Source: Candidatus Omnitrophota bacterium (GTDB taxonomy: Bacteria; Ratteibacteria; UBA8468; MWAK01). Taken from it: a DNA stretch of 27,130 nt. The notes under the pieces were generated by a model that had not been told where the DNA came from, ran no database searches, and was given only the letters and a program-made list of their open reading frames with translations. Below, piece by piece: positions 1 to 7,626 of the stretch (within the stretch, counting starts at the first letter, position 1; each line of letters starts with the position of its first letter). Location of the stretch: NCBI GenBank assembly GCA_043797665.1, contig JAZDPL010000092.1, forward strand, positions 1-27,130. The letters are read 5' to 3'. The position numbers and the translations under genes are program-made.

Positions 1-1
1 T

Positions 2-67
2 CGCACCCTGAAATACAACTGGGTCTTTGAAGATTTCGGTCAGTTTAAACTGGCGGTAAACCATTGA
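2..67 (+). CDS. Possible 3' end of a gene entering from the left (RTLKYNWVFEDFGQFKLAVNH*)
   Basis: Open frame from the window edge to TGA at 65-67; family not recognised. Confidence 0.3.
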   Translation, partial: RTLKYNWVFEDFGQFKLAVNH

Positions 68-113
68 AACACAAGGTCTTTGAGAGTAGAGAAATTTGAC
101 TGTTATCATAGGA

Positions 114-141
114 GGTTCTAACGTCGTCCCGTATGCCACCC
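114..141 (+). repeat. 28-bp att-like direct repeat, copy 1 (2 mismatches)
   Basis: GGTTCTAACGTCGTCCCGTATGCCACCC, 26/28 identical to copies 2 and 3. Confidence 0.9.
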
Positions 142-219
142 TGTGACCTTACGAATGAATATGCGAATTTTGAAGGATTTTCCCGGGATAATCTTTGGCG
201 GATGAGGATGTTTTATCTT
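142..219 (+). pseudogene. Fragment of a DUF1016/YhcG N-terminal domain gene
   Basis: Translates DLTNEYANFEGFSRDNLWRMRMFYL, matching the DL..E...GFS..NL..MR.FY motif; begins directly at the right edge of repeat copy 1. Confidence 0.7.
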
Positions 220-232
220 GGAGAGAAGTGGG

Positions 233-549
233 TTATATGTTCTCCATGAATTTTTCCGGTGTCACCTTTGCCTGTCGGAGAATACCCACCAAAGTTCCGA
301 TTGCCAATTCTTTATGTAGGGGGACAACGCATCCTACTGTTTCGGCGAGGGATACCTTCTTTAGGATTACGTGACTGCCCCGTTGTCGTATTGTTTCTAA
401 CCTGAAAGAAGCCACAGGACTTTATCTGGAGGAATTCCCATCCCAAGAAGTTTCCCGGCCAATACTTACCACTTTTGAAGTAGCTCATGTCTAAGTTAAG
501 AAGGGTCTCCGGACAAGAGATGATAGCTGCTTTGAAACGTTTAGGTTTT
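233..549. pseudogene. hicA: HicA-family mRNA interferase toxin, split by an inversion
   Basis: N-terminus MSKLRRVSGQEMIAALKRLGF on + (487-549); C-terminus TIRQRGSHVILKK...VVPLHKELAIGTLVGILRQA on - (about 395 down to 233). Confidence 0.85.
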
Positions 550-656
550 ACAACAGCTTCTTCAATTGTATAGCCTTGACTGACCGTACCTACCTCCGGA
601 CATTCGGCTACGTATAAATTTTCTTCCTTATGAACAATTGCGGTATAGAGTTCCAT
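396..656. pseudogene. hicB: HicB-family antitoxin (short form), split by the same inversion
   Basis: N-terminus MELYTAIVHKEENLYVAECPEVGTVSQGYTIEEAV on - (656-552); C-terminus NLKEATGLYLEEFP...PILTTFEVAHV* on + (399-494). Confidence 0.85.
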
Positions 657-692
657 ATTAACTCCTTTCTACTGTACATTTGTGTCACATAA

Positions 693-721
693 ATATTACC
701 ACTGAGGCAAGGCTTAGTCAA
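693..721 (-). promoter_or_regulatory. Putative sigma70 promoter of hicBA
   Basis: TTGACT-17 nt-TAATAT on the minus strand; AGGAG Shine-Dalgarno before ATG 656; near-palindrome ATTTGTGTCACATAAAT at 678-694. Confidence 0.55.
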
Positions 722-752
722 ATTGTCTGTGTCTTTCAGAATCTATTTATCA

Positions 753-997
753 TCAGGTATAACGGGAAATTTCCCGGAGCAGGATTTTTTGGAGATCGTG
801 AACAAGTTTGTGTCGGAAAAGCGGGGGCTTTGAAAAACAATCCGCAAGGCGGTTCCACTCTTAAAAAGAACCTTTTCGGAATCCGGCTCCTGGTAGAAGA
901 TGGAAAGAAAAAGGTGTTGGACATATTCTCTGGCTACGTTTATTTCGATGGTCTGATATTGTGACGCCAGTTTTTTTATTACTTCCCTGTCAAGCAT
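753..997 (-). pseudogene. AbiEii-family nucleotidyltransferase toxin with a large internal deletion
   Basis: REY.QHLFL...LFKSGTALR...SPRFS N-terminal motifs break off before the expected EDLDF; an out-of-frame C-terminal-like tail HKLVHDLQKILLREISRYT* follows at 812-753. Confidence 0.8.
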
Positions 998-1589
998 AGA
1001 TCTCCTTTATCATACGTTCCAAATTCGTGGAACGAAACAACTCCGCGTAGCAATGCATCTTTTCTTTATTGAGCGAAGAAATGTCCAAGCGGGTATTGAC
1101 GGTGTAAACTTTCCTGCCTACAAAATAAAGATAGTCCACCAGCGCTTTCTCCTTTTCTGCGATGAGTATTGTTTTTCCGCCAATCTTCTCCGGTGCGTAT
1201 TCGGTAAAAGCAGGTTTCTTTATCCGGTGATACCGAAATTCCCGCTCCAGGATTTCAAAGCGATAGGTTGGGCGGGTGGTGACGGATGTGACAACGTAGG
1301 TCATTTCAGGAATAATATGATAATGTGCAAGCGCAAAAGTGAGGGAAATGTAAGAAGGGCGGAGAAGGGCATTGGCAATTTCAAACTCGGAGGGGATACG
1401 GTCGCTTAACGCATACAAACCGCGCCGCAGCTTTGTAATAGCCCCTTTTTTTGTGTAACGGGTCAGAAAGAATTGAACCGAAATTTTGGAAACATCCAGG
1501 ATGCGTTTCAGGTCAACCGGGGTGAAAAGAGCGATCTCCGAATCTCTAATCTTCTTTTCAAACAACATCCAATTCAATATTTTAGCCAT
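990..1589 (-). CDS. AbiEi-family type IV TA antitoxin / transcriptional regulator
   Basis: wHTH with LRRGLY, PSYISL..AL..Y.IIPE, IA..EKAL.DYLY; overlaps the AbiEii start; ATG 1589 preferred over TTG 1628. Confidence 0.85.
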   Translation of the reverse strand: MAKILNWMLFEKKIRDSEIALFTPVDLKRILDVSKISVQFFLTRYTKKGAITKLRRGLYALSDRIPSEFEIANALLRPSYISLTFALAHYHIIPEMTYVVTSVTTRPTYRFEILEREFRYHRIKKPAFTEYAPEKIGGKTILIAEKEKALVDYLYFVGRKVYTVNTRLDISSLNKEKMHCYAELFRSTNLERMIKEIYA

Positions 1590-1628
1590 ATTGCTAAATA
1601 TTTCAATCCATTTTTCCAGCGCTGTCAA
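1576..1628 (-). promoter_or_regulatory. Putative abiE promoter and autoregulatory inverted repeat
   Basis: TTGACA at 1628-1623; imperfect inverted repeat AATATTTTAGC / GCTAAATATT (1576-1602) straddles the start codon. Confidence 0.4.
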
Positions 1629-1752
1629 ATTTTTTTATCCGCTTCCGCGGACTGCCTCATAAGTAATTTAGACCACAAGAATTTTTAAAATGGTATAATA
1701 TACACCTTGTAGGAATTCACCTTTTAATTATCGGAATAAGGGAGAGTACACA

Positions 1753-2685
1753 ATGGATTACGTTAAATTTGTGAAGGCGCAGGTTGAAGAGATTCGTAAG
1801 GAAGTGGGTGATGAGATTGCTATTAACGCTTTAAGTGGGGGTGTGGACAGTTCGGTAGTTACGGTGTTGGGACACCGGGCCCTGGGTAAAAAACTAAAGA
1901 CCGTCTTTATTGATAACGGCCTTATGCGCAAGGGTGAACCTGCCTGGGTTGTCAGGACTTTCGCGGGAATGAAAATCCCCGTCGAGTTGGTAGATGCCAG
2001 AGAAAAGTTTCTTGGTGCGTTGAAAAACATCACAGATCCGGAAGAAAAACGGCAGGCTATTACCGACACTTTTTATTCCAGGGTATTCGTCAACATAGTA
2101 AAGAAGACCGGTGCGAAATTCCTTTTTCACGGAACGATATTGACCGATATTGAGGAGACGGTTGCCGGTATAAAGCGCCAGCACAATATTCTTGCCCAGC
2201 TCGGGATTGACCCGGAGAAAGAATACGGATACAAAGTTATTGAACCGCTTAAGACACTTCGTAAAGACGGTGTACGGAAGGTGGCCAAGGTCTTGGGACT
2301 TGCTGAAGAGATTACCCGGCGCATTCCCTTTCCCGGACCGGCTTTGGCCACCCGCATTATCGGAGAGGTTACCGAGAAACGGCTGGAAATTGTACGTGAA
2401 GCGACGGCCATCGTTGAGGATGAGTTGGCGAAAACCGACGCATTCCAGTATCTGGCGGTTTTGCTAAGTGATTGTGCAACAGGCATTCGTAATGGTAAGA
2501 GGGAGTTCGGCCAGATTATCGTTGTACGGTGTATTGAAAGCACCGATGCCAGAAAAGCAACCGTTACACGCCTTCCCTGGAAGAAACTGGAGCGGATTTG
2601 TGAACGTATTACTGCGATTCCGGGTGTCAACCGCTGTCTCTACGACCTCACGCCAAAGCCACCCGCGACGGTTGAATATATATAG
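1753..2685 (+). CDS. guaA: GMP synthase ATP-pyrophosphatase subunit (subunit B type, no glutaminase domain)
   Basis: ALSGGVDSSV PP-loop, IEPL..L.KD.VR, PFPGPALA.RI.GEVT, YDLTPKPPATVE; extended -10 TGnTATAAT at 1691-1699. Confidence 0.92.
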   Translation: MDYVKFVKAQVEEIRKEVGDEIAINALSGGVDSSVVTVLGHRALGKKLKTVFIDNGLMRKGEPAWVVRTFAGMKIPVELVDAREKFLGALKNITDPEEKRQAITDTFYSRVFVNIVKKTGAKFLFHGTILTDIEETVAGIKRQHNILAQLGIDPEKEYGYKVIEPLKTLRKDGVRKVAKVLGLAEEITRRIPFPGPALATRIIGEVTEKRLEIVREATAIVEDELAKTDAFQYLAVLLSDCATGIRNGKREFGQIIVVRCIESTDARKATVTRLPWKKLERICERITAIPGVNRCLYDLTPKPPATVEYI

Positions 2686-2830
2686 TCTATATTGATAATC
2701 AACGGATTTCGGCAAAAATAGGGGCGGGAAAATATATGGCAGGTGTATGCCAGAATTTGCTAAAATGGGGTTTTAGTCAGGCTGGTATTGAAAAAACAGG
2801 CAATATTAAGGTTAAATTACCCAACAAGGG

Positions 2831-2858
2831 GGTTCGAACGTCGTCCCGTAAGCCACCC
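2831..2858 (+). repeat. 28-bp att-like direct repeat, copy 2
   Basis: GGTTCGAACGTCGTCCCGTAAGCCACCC, identical to copy 3. Confidence 0.95.
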
Positions 2859-2908
2859 AAATGCCAGAATAAGTAAATTACTTACATGAGACTTGCCAGT
2901 CTCCGTAC

Positions 2909-4060
2909 ATGCCAACAATGCGACAGCCGGAATATCTGATGGTGGAAACACCGCAGTGCCTAAGTGAAGCGTGCGCCATTTTGGCGAGAGCGACGACCGT
3001 CGCTCTCGACCTGGAAGCCGACACCCTGTTTCATTATGGGGAAACGGCATGTCTGGCACAATTGTCGGACGGCGCGCAAATATGGCTGGTGGATCTTCGC
3101 CAGGTGACGGACATCTCTCCCATGAAGCCGATACTCGAGAACACCGCCGTCGAGAAGGTCCTGCACGGTGCCGATTACGATATCCGGCTCCTGCGGCGCC
3201 ACTTTGGCATTAATTGCCGGCCGATCTTTGATACTGAAGTGGCGGCTCGTTTCCTCGGGATGCGCCTGTCCGGCCTGGCTGAGGTCCTGGCGAAGCGTTT
3301 CGGGGTTGTTCTCGATAAGAAGTTCCAGAAATGTGACTGGACGCGGCGACCATTGACCGCCGAAATGTGTTCCTACGCAGCCGCCGACGTCCACTGGTTG
3401 GTCCGGCTGGCGGGTCTGATGAAAGAGGATTTGGCCAGACTCGGGCGTCTGGCCTGGGTCGAAGAAGAGTGCGATATTTTGGCGTGTTCGTCGGACCGTA
3501 TCAGGGAACCCGGCCCGCTCTTTCTCTATTTCAAGGGCGCCGATCTCCTGGACCGAAGAAGTCTGGCTATACTGGAGTCTCTTCTGCAGGCGCGGGAATC
3601 ACTGGCCAAACAGCGTGATCGCCCGCCGTTCAAAGTGTTGTCTCCCGATGCGATCAGACAGATCATCCGGGAGCGGCCGGAAACGGACCGGGAACTGCTG
3701 CGGATCAATGGTTTTGGCCACAGAAGCGGGTCGTTCCGTGCCGTTGTGCTGGCAGCGGTGAGAAATGCGTTAAATCTTCCCGATGAGCGGTTGCCGGAGT
3801 ATCCGAGGGGTATCGGACGGAGACCAAGCCGCAGCCACTGGTTCCAGGCGAGAGTGCAGGGCTTGAAGGAATGGCGCGATAGTCGGTCCGCAGCCCTCGA
3901 GCTGGATGGCAGTATGGTCTGTGCCAACAGCGTGATCCAGGAACTGGCCGTGAAATGCCCGGTCACGCCGGAGGCACTGGGCCGGGTCGAACGACTTCGG
4001 AAGTGGCAGAATCGTGAGTTTGGCGCGGAAATCTGCAATATAATGTCCGGAAAAAACTAG
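2909..4060 (+). CDS. rnd: Ribonuclease D (DEDDy 3'-5' exonuclease plus HRDC domains)
   Basis: ALDLEAD, KVLHGADYD, FDTEVAA, DW..RPL....YAAAD, RE..A...DRPPFKV; visibly more GC-rich than its neighbours. Confidence 0.92.
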   Translation: MPTMRQPEYLMVETPQCLSEACAILARATTVALDLEADTLFHYGETACLAQLSDGAQIWLVDLRQVTDISPMKPILENTAVEKVLHGADYDIRLLRRHFGINCRPIFDTEVAARFLGMRLSGLAEVLAKRFGVVLDKKFQKCDWTRRPLTAEMCSYAAADVHWLVRLAGLMKEDLARLGRLAWVEEECDILACSSDRIREPGPLFLYFKGADLLDRRSLAILESLLQARESLAKQRDRPPFKVLSPDAIRQIIRERPETDRELLRINGFGHRSGSFRAVVLAAVRNALNLPDERLPEYPRGIGRRPSRSHWFQARVQGLKEWRDSRSAALELDGSMVCANSVIQELAVKCPVTPEALGRVERLRKWQNREFGAEICNIMSGKN

Positions 4061-4106
4061 ACCACTTTCCGGCTAATTAAATAGATTCTACCCCTCTTTT
4101 CTGAAT

Positions 4107-4360
4107 ATGAATATCTGGCGATTGAATGTAAGAGAGACCCAAATTGGAGAATGCATAAGGAATAAGATGTTTGCTATTGATACACGTCCAAGAAATCCCG
4201 AAATCCAAAAAGGTGACATACTTCTTTTGCAATTGGTATCTATAGATGCCGAAAGATTAGACAAGAAAAATGCGAGAATTGAATATGCTCTGATTTTCGA
4301 TCATTATGAAGAGGATTATAATGGGGCTGTGAGTCGTTATTATTGGCCGAGGGCAGGGGA
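4107..4360 (+). pseudogene. 3'-truncated ORF, possibly an EVE/PUA-like N-terminal domain
   Basis: AT-rich protein-like frame (IQKGDILLL motif) to about RYYWPRAG, after which it reads the antisense strand of the TPR gene. Confidence 0.45.
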
Positions 4361-6373
4361 AAAACGAGGATTGTTCTCTACCGCCTTCCTGAATGAAGCA
4401 ATAGCCTCCTGCCCTTTTCCAATAGATTTGTACGCAAGCCCGAGGTTATAATGCGTGACCGCGTGATTGGGATTGATTTCCAGTACCTTCCTGTACAAGG
4501 TTATAGCATCTTCTACCTTGCCGGAACTGTAGTACACGTTGGCAAGGTTATTATACGCTTCCACATAATTCGGATTGATCTCTATCGCCTTCTTGTATGA
4601 ATCTATGGCTTCCTGTTTCTTCCCGATGCTGTTATATGCAACACCAAGATTGATGTATGCCTTCGCATAGCCGGGATTAATTTCTATCGCCTTCTTGTAT
4701 GAAGTGATAGCATCCCGTGTCTGTCCAGCAGCCTTGTACGCGAGCCCGAGATTATGATGCGCTGACGCGTGCTCCGGATCGATCTCCAGTGCTTTCATGT
4801 ATGAGGCTATGGCTTTCTCCGTCCTGCCGGCACTATAGTACGCGTTGGCAAGGTTATTATGCATTTCCGCATAACCTGGATTAATCTCTATCGCTTTCTC
4901 GTACGACGCTATGGCGTCCCCCGTTTTCCCCATGTCGCGGTACACATTGCCGAGTCTGTAATGCACCCTTGCCTCTCCCGGTGATTTTTCCACCGCGTCC
5001 TTCCACAGGGTATACTCGTTCAGCCAGACCCGGTTTCTCGCTCTGGTCTCTTTGACGCAGACGATCATCAGCAGACCGACCACGGCCGCCATAACCGGAA
5101 ACGTATTACGCAGTGACAGTCGGCGAGCGATAAACATCACCGCACGCTCTAGACCAAACGCGGCGAGTCCTAAGAATCCCATTGCCGGCAAGTACATTCT
5201 GTACTCAACCATAAACTCTGCACTTCTCTGTACCAGTACATACGGAAGAAGTCCAAAAACAGACCAAAGAACCAGAAAGGACGAAACAGGCTTTTTTAAT
5301 CTCTGTTTGAAACCAACTATCATGACAGCGCCTATGCAGAGAAACGGGATCGGTGCTATCAGCGCATGAAGGACTGTTTGTGTTTTTACCACCCTCACAC
5401 AATGATCCACGCTTAAACTGGAGGAGAAAGGAACCAAAAGCCAGATATATCGCCAGAAAACCTGTGCCTCTGTCAATAGATAGGCAACATAGCTCACTCT
5501 TCCCATGATTGGGTGACGCCCGCCTTGGAACAGCATCGAGAAATATCTCTCTAGATTTACCGCAATGCAAATTACGATTGCTGCTATTGCGGCGGCTGAC
5601 ACCACCAGGGGGAAGATTCTTTTTCCCTTTGCCCATCTCCATCTGAAAATAAGAAGATAGAGGCCAATGGTCAGAACGACATAGTATATCCCGATATCCT
5701 TAGACATCCCCCCCAGCACGACACTCGCCGCAATGCCAATGACAGAAACAATCCTGCGTGTTCTTGACATTGCACTGAGAAATAGAATCGTACATATAAC
5801 GCCGGAAAGAGAAAACAGGGAGTAGAAGAGGACATGTCTTGCCTGAATATAGTTCACTGGCTCTGAGCATATGGGATGTACGGCAAAGAGGACTGCGGCC
5901 ATAAGGGGGATCTTACTCCTTGGTCGAAGATGGATATCCTGTATCAAGAGAGATAAGAACCCGTAGAGTAAGAGTGCACAGAGGATATGGAGACTGATAT
6001 TTAGATAATGCCATCTCCTTACTTCATTTGTACCGCCAAAATGGTAGTTGAGGGCAAAGGAGTAGAAGCCGACGAAACGGGACTGGTTGTTTCCCCTCCA
6101 GATACTAACAGGATTCAGGCTTCTGATAGAGGAATTCTCTACAATCGAGTGCTTGTCATCGTAGTGAAAGGAACCATCAATGCTGTTTGTGTAGGCAGTA
6201 ATACCGGTTACAATAATAAGCACCAGTGCAAGTGTATGCCATTTCCAAGACATGCCTGCATTTAACTTGCTCACTAATTCAATCTGGTCGCCGGTCTCTT
6301 TTTTATAATCTATTTGTTTTTTCTTTTCCTTCTGTCTTTCCAGGATTTTCCTTACCTTCTTTTTTTGTATCAT
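4340..6373 (-). CDS. TMTC-like multi-pass membrane glycosyltransferase-fold protein with C-terminal TPRs (3' end probably truncated)
   Basis: FHYDD..SI..N, LFAVHP..SE.V.YI..R, E.RMYLP, RN.VW..E.TLW motifs; six 34-aa TPR repeats. Confidence 0.85.
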   Translation of the reverse strand: MIQKKKVRKILERQKEKKKQIDYKKETGDQIELVSKLNAGMSWKWHTLALVLIIVTGITAYTNSIDGSFHYDDKHSIVENSSIRSLNPVSIWRGNNQSRFVGFYSFALNYHFGGTNEVRRWHYLNISLHILCALLLYGFLSLLIQDIHLRPRSKIPLMAAVLFAVHPICSEPVNYIQARHVLFYSLFSLSGVICTILFLSAMSRTRRIVSVIGIAASVVLGGMSKDIGIYYVVLTIGLYLLIFRWRWAKGKRIFPLVVSAAAIAAIVICIAVNLERYFSMLFQGGRHPIMGRVSYVAYLLTEAQVFWRYIWLLVPFSSSLSVDHCVRVVKTQTVLHALIAPIPFLCIGAVMIVGFKQRLKKPVSSFLVLWSVFGLLPYVLVQRSAEFMVEYRMYLPAMGFLGLAAFGLERAVMFIARRLSLRNTFPVMAAVVGLLMIVCVKETRARNRVWLNEYTLWKDAVEKSPGEARVHYRLGNVYRDMGKTGDAIASYEKAIEINPGYAEMHNNLANAYYSAGRTEKAIASYMKALEIDPEHASAHHNLGLAYKAAGQTRDAITSYKKAIEINPGYAKAYINLGVAYNSIGKKQEAIDSYKKAIEINPNYVEAYNNLANVYYSSGKVEDAITLYRKVLEINPNHAVTHYNLGLAYKSIGKGQEAIASFRKAVENNPRFSPALGQ

Positions 6374-6429
6374 ATTAGCGTTAAATAGTCAGATTTCTGT
6401 CAGCCCGCCAGAACTCGACACGTATTATA

Positions 6430-6458
6430 AGGATACCACCTTGTTTTGAGGTAGTCAA
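6430..6458 (-). promoter_or_regulatory. Putative sigma70 promoter of the TPR gene
   Basis: TTGACT-17 nt-TATCCT with TGn extension. Confidence 0.4.
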
Positions 6459-6661
6459 TCCGTTACCCGGATGGATAAACACATCTTTAGGACGCGGTGG
6501 GGGAGATAATTGGCTTTAGACATCTGTTCGTGAATCACCGAAGCAATCTTTTCCAACGGATTGGAAACTTTCGAAAGCAAAAAATTCCTGAACCACTTGT
6601 TGGTCAGAAAAGGATTGGCTTCAAGCAGGGTCGGTTTGTTTTCGACAACTATTCCATGACA

Positions 6662-6708
6662 TTGACAAATGTTGTAATATGTGTTATATTTTCAACAGAA
6701 AATAACAA
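6662..6708 (+). promoter_or_regulatory. sigma70 promoter with overlapping candidate DeoR operator
   Basis: TTGACA(6662)-17 nt-TATATT(6685) with TGn extension; two TGTT and two AACA motifs arranged as direct and inverted repeats across it. Confidence 0.65.
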
Positions 6709-6723
6709 TATATGGGGTGGGAA

Positions 6724-7491
6724 ATGTTAAAGAGCAACAGACAAAAAGAAATAATGAAGGTCTTGCAGACAAAAGGTTCCGTGGAAATCAGCCAACTGTG
6801 CCGTATATTTGGCGTGGTTGAAATGACCATACAACGGGATTTATCCGAGTTAATCCAAAAGGGAGGAATTATAAGAGTTCACGGAGGAGCCATACTCCCC
6901 GAAGATAATATTTTATCGGAACCGCCTTTTGACATCAGGAACAGGAAGTATCAACAGGAAAAAGAAGCTATTGCCAGAGCCGCTTTTGATATGATTGAGG
7001 ATGGACAAAAAATTCTTCTGGATTCCGGCACAACTACGTTTTCATTGGCAAAAATAATTGATAACTCAAAACGACTGATAGTAGTAACCAACGCCATAAA
7101 TATTGCCTCTGAACTGAATGTGCGCTCAAATGTTTCCGTCTTATCTCTCGGCGGAAACATGCGTAAGAATACCCTTGCCTGTGTCGGCCATTTTACCGAG
7201 TCCATGATAAGTAATTTGAAAGTCGACATTACCTTTTTGGGCGTAGGAGGGATAAGCGAAACGGGCAAACTCAGCGGCGGAAGTGTTGCGGAGGTCGGCG
7301 TTAAACAGGCAATGATTGAAGCAGGAAAACAAATTATAGTGTTGGCCGATTCCTCAAAAATCGGACGCGAAGAGTTCGTTTTAATTACAAACATAAAAAA
7401 TGTGGACTTATTGATTACCGACTCTAAAGCCCCGGAAAAAATTATCAACCGGTATAAGAAAATGGGTGTAGAAATAAAAATAGCTGATTAA
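6724..7491 (+). CDS. DeoR/GlpR-family transcriptional regulator
   Basis: HTH V.EMTI.RDL..L, RVHGGA, EKEAIA, LDSGTTT, VVTN, LADSSK; alternative start at 6712. Confidence 0.95.
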   Translation: MLKSNRQKEIMKVLQTKGSVEISQLCRIFGVVEMTIQRDLSELIQKGGIIRVHGGAILPEDNILSEPPFDIRNRKYQQEKEAIARAAFDMIEDGQKILLDSGTTTFSLAKIIDNSKRLIVVTNAINIASELNVRSNVSVLSLGGNMRKNTLACVGHFTESMISNLKVDITFLGVGGISETGKLSGGSVAEVGVKQAMIEAGKQIIVLADSSKIGREEFVLITNIKNVDLLITDSKAPEKIINRYKKMGVEIKIAD

Positions 7492-7554
7492 CGATAACTA
7501 CGCCTGGATGGCACCGTGCTCAAGATGTGAAAATATGGATAGGCCCCCCCACGA

Positions 7555-7623
7555 CAGGAGATAATCTATAGAGAAGCGGTCAGGGAAGCGGCAATAATTG
7601 GAACGGCTATAGGCGCGGCATAA
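7555..7623 (+). pseudogene. Collapsed remnant of an E1-beta subunit gene
   Basis: QEIIYREAVREA fused to AIIGTAIGAA*; 22/23 nt identity of 7567-7589 with 9780-9802. Confidence 0.7.
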
Positions 7624-7626
7624 TTC

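Noticed and set aside
41..52. Palindrome CAGTTTAAACTG
   Set aside because: Single occurrence inside a probable coding frame, with no supporting context.
141..148. CTGTGACC after copy 1 is the reverse complement of GGTCACAG after copy 3
   Set aside because: Only 8 bp, and already explained by DUF1016 coding sequence; likely chance.
312..656. 114-aa ORF as an intact HicB, and 233..415 as an intact HicA
   Set aside because: Both are chimeric read-throughs across the inversion junctions.
1656..1670. CTCATAAGTAATTTA resembles the reverse complement of 2874-2890
   Set aside because: AT-rich and needs a 2-nt gap; not enough to call terminal inverted repeats.
2770..2858. tRNA gene ending at repeat copy 2 (likewise copies 1 and 3)
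   Set aside because: No D-arm, anticodon arm or acceptor 5' strand upstream, and the T-stem cannot close.
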